This document shows, piece by piece, positions 49,417-58,221 of a DNA stretch of 64,000 nucleotides. The translations under genes and the position numbers were made by a program. The first letter of the stretch is position 1; each line of letters opens with the position of its first letter. The DNA lies in NCBI GenBank assembly GCA_002297365.1, contig DBKT01000013.1, positions 1,601 through 65,600 of the forward strand. The letters run 5' to 3'. Below the pieces are notes generated by a model. It made no database searches. It was not told the origin of the DNA and worked only from the letters and a program-made list of their open reading frames with translations. Source of the stretch: Bacillales bacterium UBA743. Lineage in GTDB: Bacteria > Bacillota_I > Bacilli_A > RFN20 > CAG-826.

Positions 49417-50705
49417 AATATTTCTCCCTTAACATTGTCATCAAATTCGATTTGTAGATTTTGAATCAATGGGATGACGCCATTTTTATCAATTTCTTTC
49501 GCAATTCCATTTTTATCCGTAATCTTGACATTCTTATCTAAAAAAAGACGTATCCCTAATAGCCCAGGGTTCTTCTTATTACGGATTACCCTTCCTTTTA
49601 TGGTTTGATAGTCCGAAGAATATTTGTCTAAATGACAAGCATAGATTTCTTTTCCTACATCTAAGACAATCTTGTTCTTTCCGAGTTCTAATACACACAC
49701 GTTCCCCTTACTTTTATGACAAGCAGGGCATTTTTCATAGGACTGTTTCTCTTCAAATCCGTAAATATATTGATAACCGCATTGTGGGCAAGTGATTAAT
49801 TCATCACGGTATTTTGTTAAAAGCCTTAACCACTCTAACTCAGTTGTTCTTTCGTTTTCCCTGTCTAACAATCCATTCACAAAAGTTCTATGGAAAGCCT
49901 CTTTGATATAAAGTGGCAAATACGCCCAACGCTTTAATACAGAAGTGTGATATCCACGGATCGGCCTGTTTGATTTATCCGTCTTGTGATAAATGAAAAT
50001 CGGATTGCTTCCATACATCTCATATTCGGCTTTTTCATCAATAAAGTCATAATCCTTCAACCTTTCCCCCTCAAAAGGATTCCCAAGGCAAAGGGCCATG
50101 AATAAGATAATCCCTAACGAGAAACGATCGGAATGAATGTCTGGCAAGCATTTCCCAGTCACAATTTCTGGGGCCATATATCTCATTTTTCCTAAGACGC
50201 CAAGATTTTTCTTATCTGCGGTCACGTTATCATTGTCACAAATGAGCAAGTCACCTGTCTTTGGATTCAAAAAGAAACTTCCATCATTTAGATCTTGATA
50301 AGAAAAACCTCTTTCGTGTAGAGCTTTGAAATCGGTGCATAAAGAGATACACCACTTCAGCAATAACGTTTGAGTATCAAAAGGATTCTTGCCATTTAAA
50401 TAGGAGATAAAGGAAACATATTCTTTTGGACGCAAATCCATAATGTATCCACTCGTTCCCTTATCATCTTGATAGATTTCTAATGGCCAAAGGAAATCGT
50501 CTGTAGGCCTTCCTTTTTCAATGTTGTGTTTGAGGTTAAAGAGGAAATCAGTGCTCATCTGGCTCTTATAAATTTTTAAAGCGAATTTATTTTTGCCATC
50601 GGATATCAAATAGACTTCACCCTGTCCCCCTTCTCCAAGTAAATCGACGACTTGATAAGTGTGGCCATCTTTAACGCTTATTTCATCGCCTTTTTTAAAA
50701 CGCAT
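49404..50705 (-). CDS. Ser/Thr protein kinase with a C-terminal zinc ribbon
   Basis: Gly-rich loop (LGEGGQGEVY), the invariant Lys (ALKIY), a catalytic YQDLNDGSFF segment, a DFG-equivalent region, and an APE motif (YMAPE). The C-terminus carries CPQCGY…CPACH. Confidence 0.8.
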   Translation of the reverse strand: MRFKKGDEISVKDGHTYQVVDLLGEGGQGEVYLISDGKNKFALKIYKSQMSTDFLFNLKHNIEKGRPTDDFLWPLEIYQDDKGTSGYIMDLRPKEYVSFISYLNGKNPFDTQTLLLKWCISLCTDFKALHERGFSYQDLNDGSFFLNPKTGDLLICDNDNVTADKKNLGVLGKMRYMAPEIVTGKCLPDIHSDRFSLGIILFMALCLGNPFEGERLKDYDFIDEKAEYEMYGSNPIFIYHKTDKSNRPIRGYHTSVLKRWAYLPLYIKEAFHRTFVNGLLDRENERTTELEWLRLLTKYRDELITCPQCGYQYIYGFEEKQSYEKCPACHKSKGNVCVLELGKNKIVLDVGKEIYACHLDKYSSDYQTIKGRVIRNKKNPGLLGIRLFLDKNVKITDKNGIAKEIDKNGVIPLIQNLQIEFDDNVKGEILCLK

Positions 50706-50747
50706 TTGTTAGCACCTCCTTTTAATGTGTTTTCAAGTATATGAAGG

Positions 50748-50775
50748 ATCCCTACATCATTTATGTGACGATAGG
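50748..50775 (-). promoter_or_regulatory. Shared dyad motif, copy C (CTACATcatttATGTGA)
   Basis: See finding 3. Confidence 0.5.
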
Positions 50776-51160
50776 ATTTTTTTAAAAAATAATTGCGACG
50801 TCCTTGAATATTGCTTTGTCCGTATAGCAAAAGGGTTGAAGAAAAGCAAAAATAGTCTTTTAGTTATGTCTCCTTATTTCTTAAAATTAATCGTTTTTCT
50901 TGCGCCTCCATTTAAATAAATGCACATATATTGCCAGAACAACCTTTTTTCCTTAAAAACAAACCCATTTTATCCCCCCCCGGAAAAGTCAATCTTTTTG
51001 ATATGAAGCATATCAATTTATTTGTCCCAAAATCACGTTATTCAAATGAAACACCCCCAAAACGCCAACGAAACTAATTAGGGGATTTTTTTGAAGAGCC
51101 CTTCCGTTCATCTAAAGCTTTTCTGGTGAATTCAACGTTTTGGCTAAATATTATGTTGAA

Positions 51161-51247
51161 AAAAGTATGAACGAGTATGAAAATATTATAAAAGTATGAA
51201 CGAGTATGAAAGGGTTTTAAAAGTATGAACGAGTATGAAAATAAAAA
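51161..51247 (+). repeat. 3 x 29-bp direct repeats (AAAAGTATGAACGAGTATGAAA + 7 nt). The third copy contains the real start codon of the downstream ATPase.
   Basis: The repeats are exact over 22 nt. Each carries ATGAACGAGTATGAA. The first two ATGs run into a TGA after 10 codons. Confidence 0.85.
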
Positions 51248-52295
51248 GAGCAATCCATTTACGCTATCTTTTGGGAAAAAGCCTTTTGAATATATCGGTA
51301 GGGAAGACAGCAAGAAAGAGCTGATTGGTCAAATTAGTTCCGATCCCGCCACTTCAAATTGTTATGTTATTACTGGCGTGAGAGGCTCAGGAAAAACGGT
51401 AATGCTTACGGCCGTCTCCAAATATTTTGAAACTGATAAAGACTGGATTGTAATCGATCTTAACCCAGAAGATGATTTACGTGAAGGCTTAGCCGCAAAG
51501 CTTTATACCGAAGCAAAAATTAAGCATCTCTTCATGGAAAAAAGTTTTAGCGTCTCCTTTCATGGTGTTTCCTTCAGCCTTTCTGGAAAAAATCCAATAT
51601 ACAACATTGATGATTTGCTAGAAAAAATGTTGGAAGAAATCAAAAGACAAGGGAAGAAGGTGTTGGTCACAATCGATGAAGCAACAAATAACGCCCACAT
51701 GAAGCAATTCGCCTTATCATTTCAATCTTTGATTCGAAAGGAGATTCCGATCGTCTTACTTGTAACGAGTTTGTACGAAAACATTTCCTCATTGGAAAAC
51801 GAGAAAAATATGACATTTCTTATTCGATCTCCAAAAATTTTTCTTTCTCCTCTTAGCATTCAAGCCATCACAAATTCTTATGAATCTAAGCTTGGATTGA
51901 AGTATGAAGAAGCATTAAAATGCGCAAAATTAACAAAAGGTTATGCGTTTGCTTTCCAGTTACTAGGATATCTTATGTTCAATAAAAATAAGAAAGAGGC
52001 GGATAAAGAAGTCTTATCCTCTTACGATCAATATTTAGAAGAATTTGCCTATGCAAAAATATGGTCCACCTTATCTGAGGTCGAAAGAAAGATTGTTATC
52101 TCCCTCCAGACAAATACATCAATTGGTGTATCCACAATATTGGAAAGAACGAACATGAAGAAAGAATATTTCTCCCGTTATAGGGATCGCCTCATCAAAA
52201 AAGGCATATTCCTTTCTCCAGCGAGAGGAAAGCTAATGTTCGCTCTTCCACGTTTTAAGGAATTCATCGATGTTGAGACGGCTTACGATTTCTAA
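51225..52295 (+). CDS. ATP-binding protein of the PF01637 (archaeal-type ATPase) family, with a C-terminal wHTH-like region
   Basis: …FEYIGREDSKKEL…CYVITGVRGSGKTVML… and Walker B (VTIDEA). Confidence 0.6.
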   Translation: MNEYENKKSNPFTLSFGKKPFEYIGREDSKKELIGQISSDPATSNCYVITGVRGSGKTVMLTAVSKYFETDKDWIVIDLNPEDDLREGLAAKLYTEAKIKHLFMEKSFSVSFHGVSFSLSGKNPIYNIDDLLEKMLEEIKRQGKKVLVTIDEATNNAHMKQFALSFQSLIRKEIPIVLLVTSLYENISSLENEKNMTFLIRSPKIFLSPLSIQAITNSYESKLGLKYEEALKCAKLTKGYAFAFQLLGYLMFNKNKKEADKEVLSSYDQYLEEFAYAKIWSTLSEVERKIVISLQTNTSIGVSTILERTNMKKEYFSRYRDRLIKKGIFLSPARGKLMFALPRFKEFIDVETAYDF

Positions 52296-52441
52296 CTTTT
52301 GAAAATTTAAAAAGAGCGGTTCTCCATCCCTAAACGCTTCAAACAGAGAAAGAAAATAAGAATTGAGACATAACGTTTTTATTGAAGGGCAATATAAGGC
52401 TTCCTTTAATCTATAAAAACATTCGATGTGGAGCCTATTTT

Positions 52442-52590
52442 TGACTGCCAACCCTTAAGTAGACGCGCATTACAATCTGCACGCAAAATTGTAATGCTTT
52501 GTGGACAGGGAGGCTACAAAGATGGAACTCACGAAAGAAGAAAGGCTCCCGGTCGGCAGGATGCTGCACGTTGAGAACCTTTCCTTGTTC
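52442..52590 (+). mobile_element. Second IS3-family left-end remnant, comprising the IRL and the first approximately 25 codons of orfA
   Basis: TGACTGCCAACCCTTAAGTAGAC…GGAGGctacaaagATGGAACTCACGAAAGAAGAAAGGCTCCCGGTCGGCAGGATGCTGCAC is about 80% identical to 35152-35290. It has the same orientation as the first copy. Confidence 0.6.
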
Positions 52591-52681
52591 TGGCATTAAT
52601 ATATGATAAAAGCATCTATAGAATGCTTATTTTGTCTTTTTTAGGCATTTTTTGATGCCATACTTTACACAAAACGGAACG

Positions 52682-54043
52682 TCAACAGGACACATTCTTT
52701 TTTCCTAAAGCAAAAACAAGGTAATATGGCAATGTCAATATTTCATTTTCATACCCAATGTTATAATCACCGAATTTAATCAGCCGAGTAATACCATAAT
52801 GTTCAGGATGCGCCATGACAGTTTTGCTTGATTTGGTATTTCCTGTTTTTGCTTTAGCTTCAATCAACGTAGATACACCATGATATGCAATCACGAAGTC
52901 GATTTGAAGGCCACTTTCTTTTGCGAAATAAAACGTTTGAATGCCCGCCTTATATAAAGAGTCTGCAACCGCCGCTTCAAAAACGTCGCCTTTATTCATC
53001 CCCATTTTTTCCTGCATTAATGAATTCAATGTATCAAAGCCACATAAAGTAATCATCGTCCCGATATCCGAATAATAAAGTTTGAAATCAGAATTGATTT
53101 TTCTTATCGCTAGAGGCAAAGATGGGTTTTCCACATTGTTCACCTTAAAAACAACGTTTGCGTTCAAAAGATAATCAACCGCATCATTTCTCTGATAGCT
53201 GTTCCCGTTTATTCTTGAAAGCACAAACCTCTTATTGTCCGTCAAAGAAAAAGCTAGTGTCAGATCGAAAGCTTTCTGAATTCTAGATATTTCAGTGACT
53301 GTATATAGGGGGTTTCCACCATAATCAACACGTTTAACCGGGTCTCCTTTGACATCAAAAATAAGACTTTCGTTTTTCTTATAAACAACTCCGAAGTTAT
53401 TCGAAGTCAAATATAGACTTACAGTTTCTGGATAGCCTCCAACACACATATATTCTTTGAAAAGAGTTTTCATTTTTTCATGAATCGCGGAAGGAATCGG
53501 CTTTTTTTCTTTGAGATAATTCAATAATTCACTCACTTGTTCTTCTGAATAGCCAGATGCCCAAAGGAATTCTTCAAAATCCATTGTTTTCATGCAAAAA
53601 ACATCTTCAGCACCATTTGGTAAGGGTGTATTTGCGTTTCTTTGCTGCTTTAAATTCAAACCGATATAAGAGCCACTGGCAATAACTTCAAATCTGCCAT
53701 CTTCTTTAAAACTTTTTAACGCTAGGCGAGAGCGCGGGCAATCTTGAATTTCATCCAAAAGGAAAATGGTCTTTCCCGGCTCATAATGGAAATCTTGAAA
53801 TTGAAAGGAAAGTTTTTTGATAATTTCATTTACGTCTAAAGAGCCATCAAAAGCATTCATAGCTTCTGGATTCGTCCAAAAATTAATCGAATTAACATAT
53901 TGAAAATGAGCATTAGCGAACTCTTGAATGCTCCTGGATTTTCCACATTGTCTTATCCCGTAAACCAGGGCAGGCGAATGTCCTTGTGTCTGGTACCAAT
54001 CAAGAAGAACTGTGTCAATTTTCCTTTTTAAATACTTACTCAT
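52682..54043 (-). CDS. AAA_14/DUF4143-type ATP-binding protein (third paralog)
   Basis: Walker A (GIRQCGKSR) and Walker B (FLLDEIQ). Confidence 0.7.
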   Translation of the reverse strand: MSKYLKRKIDTVLLDWYQTQGHSPALVYGIRQCGKSRSIQEFANAHFQYVNSINFWTNPEAMNAFDGSLDVNEIIKKLSFQFQDFHYEPGKTIFLLDEIQDCPRSRLALKSFKEDGRFEVIASGSYIGLNLKQQRNANTPLPNGAEDVFCMKTMDFEEFLWASGYSEEQVSELLNYLKEKKPIPSAIHEKMKTLFKEYMCVGGYPETVSLYLTSNNFGVVYKKNESLIFDVKGDPVKRVDYGGNPLYTVTEISRIQKAFDLTLAFSLTDNKRFVLSRINGNSYQRNDAVDYLLNANVVFKVNNVENPSLPLAIRKINSDFKLYYSDIGTMITLCGFDTLNSLMQEKMGMNKGDVFEAAVADSLYKAGIQTFYFAKESGLQIDFVIAYHGVSTLIEAKAKTGNTKSSKTVMAHPEHYGITRLIKFGDYNIGYENEILTLPYYLVFALGKKNVSC

Positions 54044-54095
54044 ATTTGTATTTTTATTTTATTTATGCTCTTATATTAAGTCAATCAAAATCTAT

Positions 54096-54154
54096 CCGCA
54101 CCAAAAAAGGGGGCGAGTTTTATATTGTTCCGCACCAAAAAAGGGGTGAGTTTT
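54096..54154. repeat. Two 25-26-bp direct repeats (CCGCACCAAAAAAGGGGGCGAGTTTT and CCGCACCAAAAAAGGGGTGAGTTTT) at the right edge of the island
   Basis: Read directly from the sequence. They lie about 50-110 nt upstream of the AAA_14 gene. Confidence 0.8.
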
Positions 54155-54335
54155 GCTAAAACTTGCACCAATTTTAATTACTCTAAAATTTAAAATAGGC
54201 TTTCTATCGATGTTTTATATTTCCTTACTACGATGAATTTAATTTTTTATTGGAACAGTCAATTAAAAATTGAAAGGTCTATTTAACTGGTCAATATTCA
54301 TTCTTCTGTATTTAAAGAAGATTTTTTAAGTAAAG

Positions 54336-54376
54336 AAAAACGCAAGGTTTCCCAAGAAGGTTGGCCTTGCGTTTTA
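54336..54376 (-). terminator. Rho-independent terminator after the ABC exporter operon
   Basis: AAACGCAAGG-N17-CCTTGCGTTT followed by a T run on the minus strand. Confidence 0.5.
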
Positions 54377-54379
54377 AAA

Positions 54380-56365
54380 TTAATCTTGTTGTTGGATGGC
54401 ATTGCCAGTATAGAGTTGGTAATACTTCCCTTTTTGCGCAAGAAGGTCATCATGCGAACCACGTTCAATAATATGCCCGTGATCAAGAACCATAATGACA
54501 TCTGAATTCTTAATCGTGGATAGACGATGAGCGATAACGAATACCGTTCTGCCTTCCATAATGGCATCCATGCCTTTGGTGACCATTGCTTCCGTACGAG
54601 AGTCGATGGAAGAGGTTGCTTCATCAAGAATGAGGACAGGAGGGTTTGCTATGGCCGCGCGGGCAATGGCAAGAAGCTGTCTTTGTCCTTGAGAAAGGGA
54701 TGTCCCGCCATTCTTTAAAACAGTGTTATATCCATCCGGTAATTGATTAATAAAGGTGTCTGCATTGGCTAATTTAGCAGCTGCATACACTTCTTCATCC
54801 GTTGCATCAAGTTTGCCATAACGGATATTCTCCATAACGGTCCCTGTAAATAATTTTGTATCTTGGAAGACCATTCCTAATGAACGACGCAAGTCCGCTT
54901 TCTTAATCTTATTGATGTTGATGTCATCATAACGAATCTTGCCATCCGCGATATCATAGAAACGATTCAAAAGATTGGTAATCGTTGTCTTGCCTGCGCC
55001 CGTAGGTCCAACGAAGGCAACCTTCTGTCCTGGCTCGGCATAGACGGTGATATCGTGAAGAACGATCTTATCGGGAGTATAGCCAAAATCAACATGGTTC
55101 ACGTTAATTTTGCCTTTTAGCCAGGTATAGGTTGTTTCTGATCCATCCGTATGAGGATGTTTCCAAGCCCATTTGCCCGTTCTTTCCTTTACTTCAATTG
55201 GATTGCCGTTTGCGTCTTCTTTTGCATTGACGAGTTCGACATACCCTTCATCAACTTCCGCAGGTTCATCAATGATGGCAAAGATACGAGAGGCACCAGC
55301 TAACGCCATAGTAACGGTGTTGAGTTGTTGGGCCATTTGTCCGATAGGTTGAACAAAGCTCTTCGAATAAAGAAGGAAGGAAATAATGATACCAATGGAA
55401 TAAGTGTGAGCAAAAGGAGGGAGCAAGGTGTAACCTTGAACGCTATTGATGACAAAAAGCCCACCGAGCAATGCAATAATGGCGTATTGAAGGTTTCCTA
55501 ATTGATTCACAGTTGGCATCAGTGTGTTTGCATAACGGTTAGCTTTCACGGATTCTTCATATAAGGCATCATTTACCTTCGTGAATCCTTCGATGTTCCT
55601 TTCTTCGTAGTTAAAGACCTTGACTACTTTTTGCCCTGAGACCATTTCTTCAACGTAACCGTTGGTTCTGCCCAGCTGGATTTGTTGCTGAACGAAGTGC
55701 CTTCCGGAATGGGAGGCAAAGAATTTCGTCAACATGAACATCACCAAGGCGAAAAGAACGACAACGAACATCAAATAAAGGTCGGTCATGATCATGATAA
55801 CAAGACAGGCGACCATAGCCATAAGGCTAGATAGCATCATTGGGATAGAACGGGCAAGCATCTCACGGAGAGAATCAACGTCGTTCGTGTATACCGACAT
55901 AATGTCGCCATGAGTATGCTTATCAAAATAAGAGACAGGCAAATCCTGCATATGGGCAAACATCTCATCACGGATTTTCTTTTGCAATCCTTGAGCGATG
56001 TATGCCATAAAAAAGTTGTATGAATATGACGCCAAAACACCCAAGGCAAAAACACCAACCATCACCCCAACCATCTCAAAGAAATGAAGATTGAAAACCG
56101 TGATTTCTTTGGTCATGATTTCATAGGCGCTGCCGACGCTTCCAAGAGGGTTTTTCAACGCAAATTGGTCCAAAGCAGGTTGGATGAATTGGTCAACAAG
56201 GATATTGCCGACGAAATAAGAGTTGGCAACGGACGCAAAAGAAACGATAAGCGTGGATAATATCACCAAAATGAAATACCCTGGGTAATATTTCCAGATC
56301 ATTTTGAAAAGACGGGCAAACGCCCCAGCTGTCTCTTCCTTGGTTGGTCTTTTATTCATGGACAT
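54380..56365 (-). CDS. ABC transporter ATP-binding/permease protein (type I exporter half-transporter)
   Basis: A six-TM domain, then an NBD with Walker A (GPTGAGKTT), the signature (LSQGQRQLLAIARA) and Walker B (ILDEATS). A GGAGGAGG RBS precedes MSMNKR. Confidence 0.85.
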   Translation of the reverse strand: MSMNKRPTKEETAGAFARLFKMIWKYYPGYFILVILSTLIVSFASVANSYFVGNILVDQFIQPALDQFALKNPLGSVGSAYEIMTKEITVFNLHFFEMVGVMVGVFALGVLASYSYNFFMAYIAQGLQKKIRDEMFAHMQDLPVSYFDKHTHGDIMSVYTNDVDSLREMLARSIPMMLSSLMAMVACLVIMIMTDLYLMFVVVLFALVMFMLTKFFASHSGRHFVQQQIQLGRTNGYVEEMVSGQKVVKVFNYEERNIEGFTKVNDALYEESVKANRYANTLMPTVNQLGNLQYAIIALLGGLFVINSVQGYTLLPPFAHTYSIGIIISFLLYSKSFVQPIGQMAQQLNTVTMALAGASRIFAIIDEPAEVDEGYVELVNAKEDANGNPIEVKERTGKWAWKHPHTDGSETTYTWLKGKINVNHVDFGYTPDKIVLHDITVYAEPGQKVAFVGPTGAGKTTITNLLNRFYDIADGKIRYDDININKIKKADLRRSLGMVFQDTKLFTGTVMENIRYGKLDATDEEVYAAAKLANADTFINQLPDGYNTVLKNGGTSLSQGQRQLLAIARAAIANPPVLILDEATSSIDSRTEAMVTKGMDAIMEGRTVFVIAHRLSTIKNSDVIMVLDHGHIIERGSHDDLLAQKGKYYQLYTGNAIQQQD

Positions 56366-58208
56366 CGAAATCACCTCCTCCTAATTGAGATTCATATAAT
56401 TCTTTGTAAACAGAGCAACGCTTCATTAACTCATCGTTATTGCCTTTGTCGACAATCTTGCCTCCGCTTTCTAAGACAAGGATGGTGTCGCAATCCTTAA
56501 TGGAAAGAACGCGTTGGGCGATGATGAATTTCGTAACGTTTGGCTTTGTTTGAGCCAATCCTTTGCGAATTAAGGAATCCGTATGGGTGTCGCAAGCGCT
56601 TGTAGAGTCGTCCAAAATCAAAATCTTAGGATTCTTTAGAAGGGCTCTGGCGATGCAAAGACGTTGTTTTTGCCCACCTGAAACGTTCGTTCCTCCTTCG
56701 GTGATTTGGGTGTCCAATCCTTTAGGAAAGGTATGAAGGAATTCGCTAGCTTGGGCAAGATCGCATGCTTCCCATATCTCTTCATCACTCGCATTCTCAT
56801 TGCCCCATTTGAGGTTATCGCGAATTGTCCCAGTGAAAAGAACGTTCTTTTGAAGAACAACGGATACGGCATCACGCAAGGTTTTGATGTCGTAATCACG
56901 AACGTCAATTCCTCCGATTTGCACATTTCCTTCATTTACATCATATAGACGCGCCATAAGGGAAACCAAGCTGGTCTTGCTAGAGCCCGTCGGGCCAATG
57001 ATGCCTACGGTTTCTCCTTGTTTAAAATGAAGATCGACATCATTTAAGACATATTTCCCTGGAACATATCCAAAAGACACATGGTTGAAATCCACATTGC
57101 CATTAGGGACTTCCATAATCGGGTGGTCATTATTACGAATATCTGGCACCTCATCAAGGATTTCCACAATACGCTCAGCGCTATTCCTTGCGATAGTAAT
57201 CATGACATAAACCATAGAAACCATCATGAGGGCCATAAAAATCATCATAACGTAGGTAAATAAAGAGGAAAGGGATTCCACTGTGAGATTGATTGGAGAA
57301 GCAACCAAACCATTAAGCCCCTCTACGACTTCAACGTTCGAAGTAATGATTTTTGCGCCTAAAATCGAGATCAGGATCATAGCCGCAAAAATAGCGAGAT
57401 TCATGAATGGGTTATTGAAAGAGAGAAGTTTTTCGTTCGCAACATAGTTCTTGTAAATGAAGTCAGAAACCTTATTGAAACGAGAAACATGGTAGTTCTT
57501 TCTATCAAAAGACTTCACGACACGGATGCCATCCACATCTTCTTCCACCGATTCGTTCAAAGCGTCATAGGTGTTAAAGATAAGAACGAATCTTCGATGG
57601 GCTTTAGAAGCAATAAAAAGCAAAACAAAAAGAATCAGCGGAATGATGATGAGGAAAATCCAAGCCAGTCCCGGAGCCATGATGAAGCACATAATCAAAG
57701 CAAAGAGCATCATCAATGGAGCCCTAAGAACCATGCGGATCGTCATCATGAAAGAGAATTGAACATTGGTCACATCCGTCGTTGTTCTTGTAACGATGGA
57801 AGAAGGAGAAAATTTATCGATGTTCTTAAAAGAGTAATCCTGTATCTTCTCAAACATGGATTGGCGTAAGTTACGCCCAAATCCAGCTGAAGCGCTAGAA
57901 GCCCAATAACCAGCTAAGATACCGAGAACTGCCGCTAAAACAGCCATCCCCGCAATAATGCAAGCCCAAAGAATGATTCCGTTGATATCATTAGCACGCA
58001 CTTGCTCTAATAAAAATTGAATAAAGAAAGCGATCAATATCTCCAAGGCGGTTTCAAAAATGACGCAGGTCCAAGTCAAAATGGAATCTTTCCAAAATCC
58101 TTTGATATGTTTGCTTAAAATCTTTAAGGTGTGCGAAGGCGAATATTTACGTGTTTCGCCGCTCAACGTCTTTCGTATTTTCTTTTCTTTTGTTTTTTCC
58201 ATATACAT
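56352..58208 (-). CDS. ABC transporter ATP-binding/permease protein. It is the partner half-transporter.
   Basis: A TMD plus an NBD (GPTGSSKTS; VSGGQKQRLCIARA; ILDDSTSA). It overlaps the downstream gene. Confidence 0.85.
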   Translation of the reverse strand: MYMEKTKEKKIRKTLSGETRKYSPSHTLKILSKHIKGFWKDSILTWTCVIFETALEILIAFFIQFLLEQVRANDINGIILWACIIAGMAVLAAVLGILAGYWASSASAGFGRNLRQSMFEKIQDYSFKNIDKFSPSSIVTRTTTDVTNVQFSFMMTIRMVLRAPLMMLFALIMCFIMAPGLAWIFLIIIPLILFVLLFIASKAHRRFVLIFNTYDALNESVEEDVDGIRVVKSFDRKNYHVSRFNKVSDFIYKNYVANEKLLSFNNPFMNLAIFAAMILISILGAKIITSNVEVVEGLNGLVASPINLTVESLSSLFTYVMMIFMALMMVSMVYVMITIARNSAERIVEILDEVPDIRNNDHPIMEVPNGNVDFNHVSFGYVPGKYVLNDVDLHFKQGETVGIIGPTGSSKTSLVSLMARLYDVNEGNVQIGGIDVRDYDIKTLRDAVSVVLQKNVLFTGTIRDNLKWGNENASDEEIWEACDLAQASEFLHTFPKGLDTQITEGGTNVSGGQKQRLCIARALLKNPKILILDDSTSACDTHTDSLIRKGLAQTKPNVTKFIIAQRVLSIKDCDTILVLESGGKIVDKGNNDELMKRCSVYKELYESQLGGGDFDVHE

Positions 58209-58221
58209 ATCTCTCCTTTCG

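Noticed and set aside
54096-54154. A possible CRISPR array
   Set aside because: There are only two repeat copies with a 9-bp spacer and no further repeats. Nothing elsewhere in the window resembles a repeat-spacer array.
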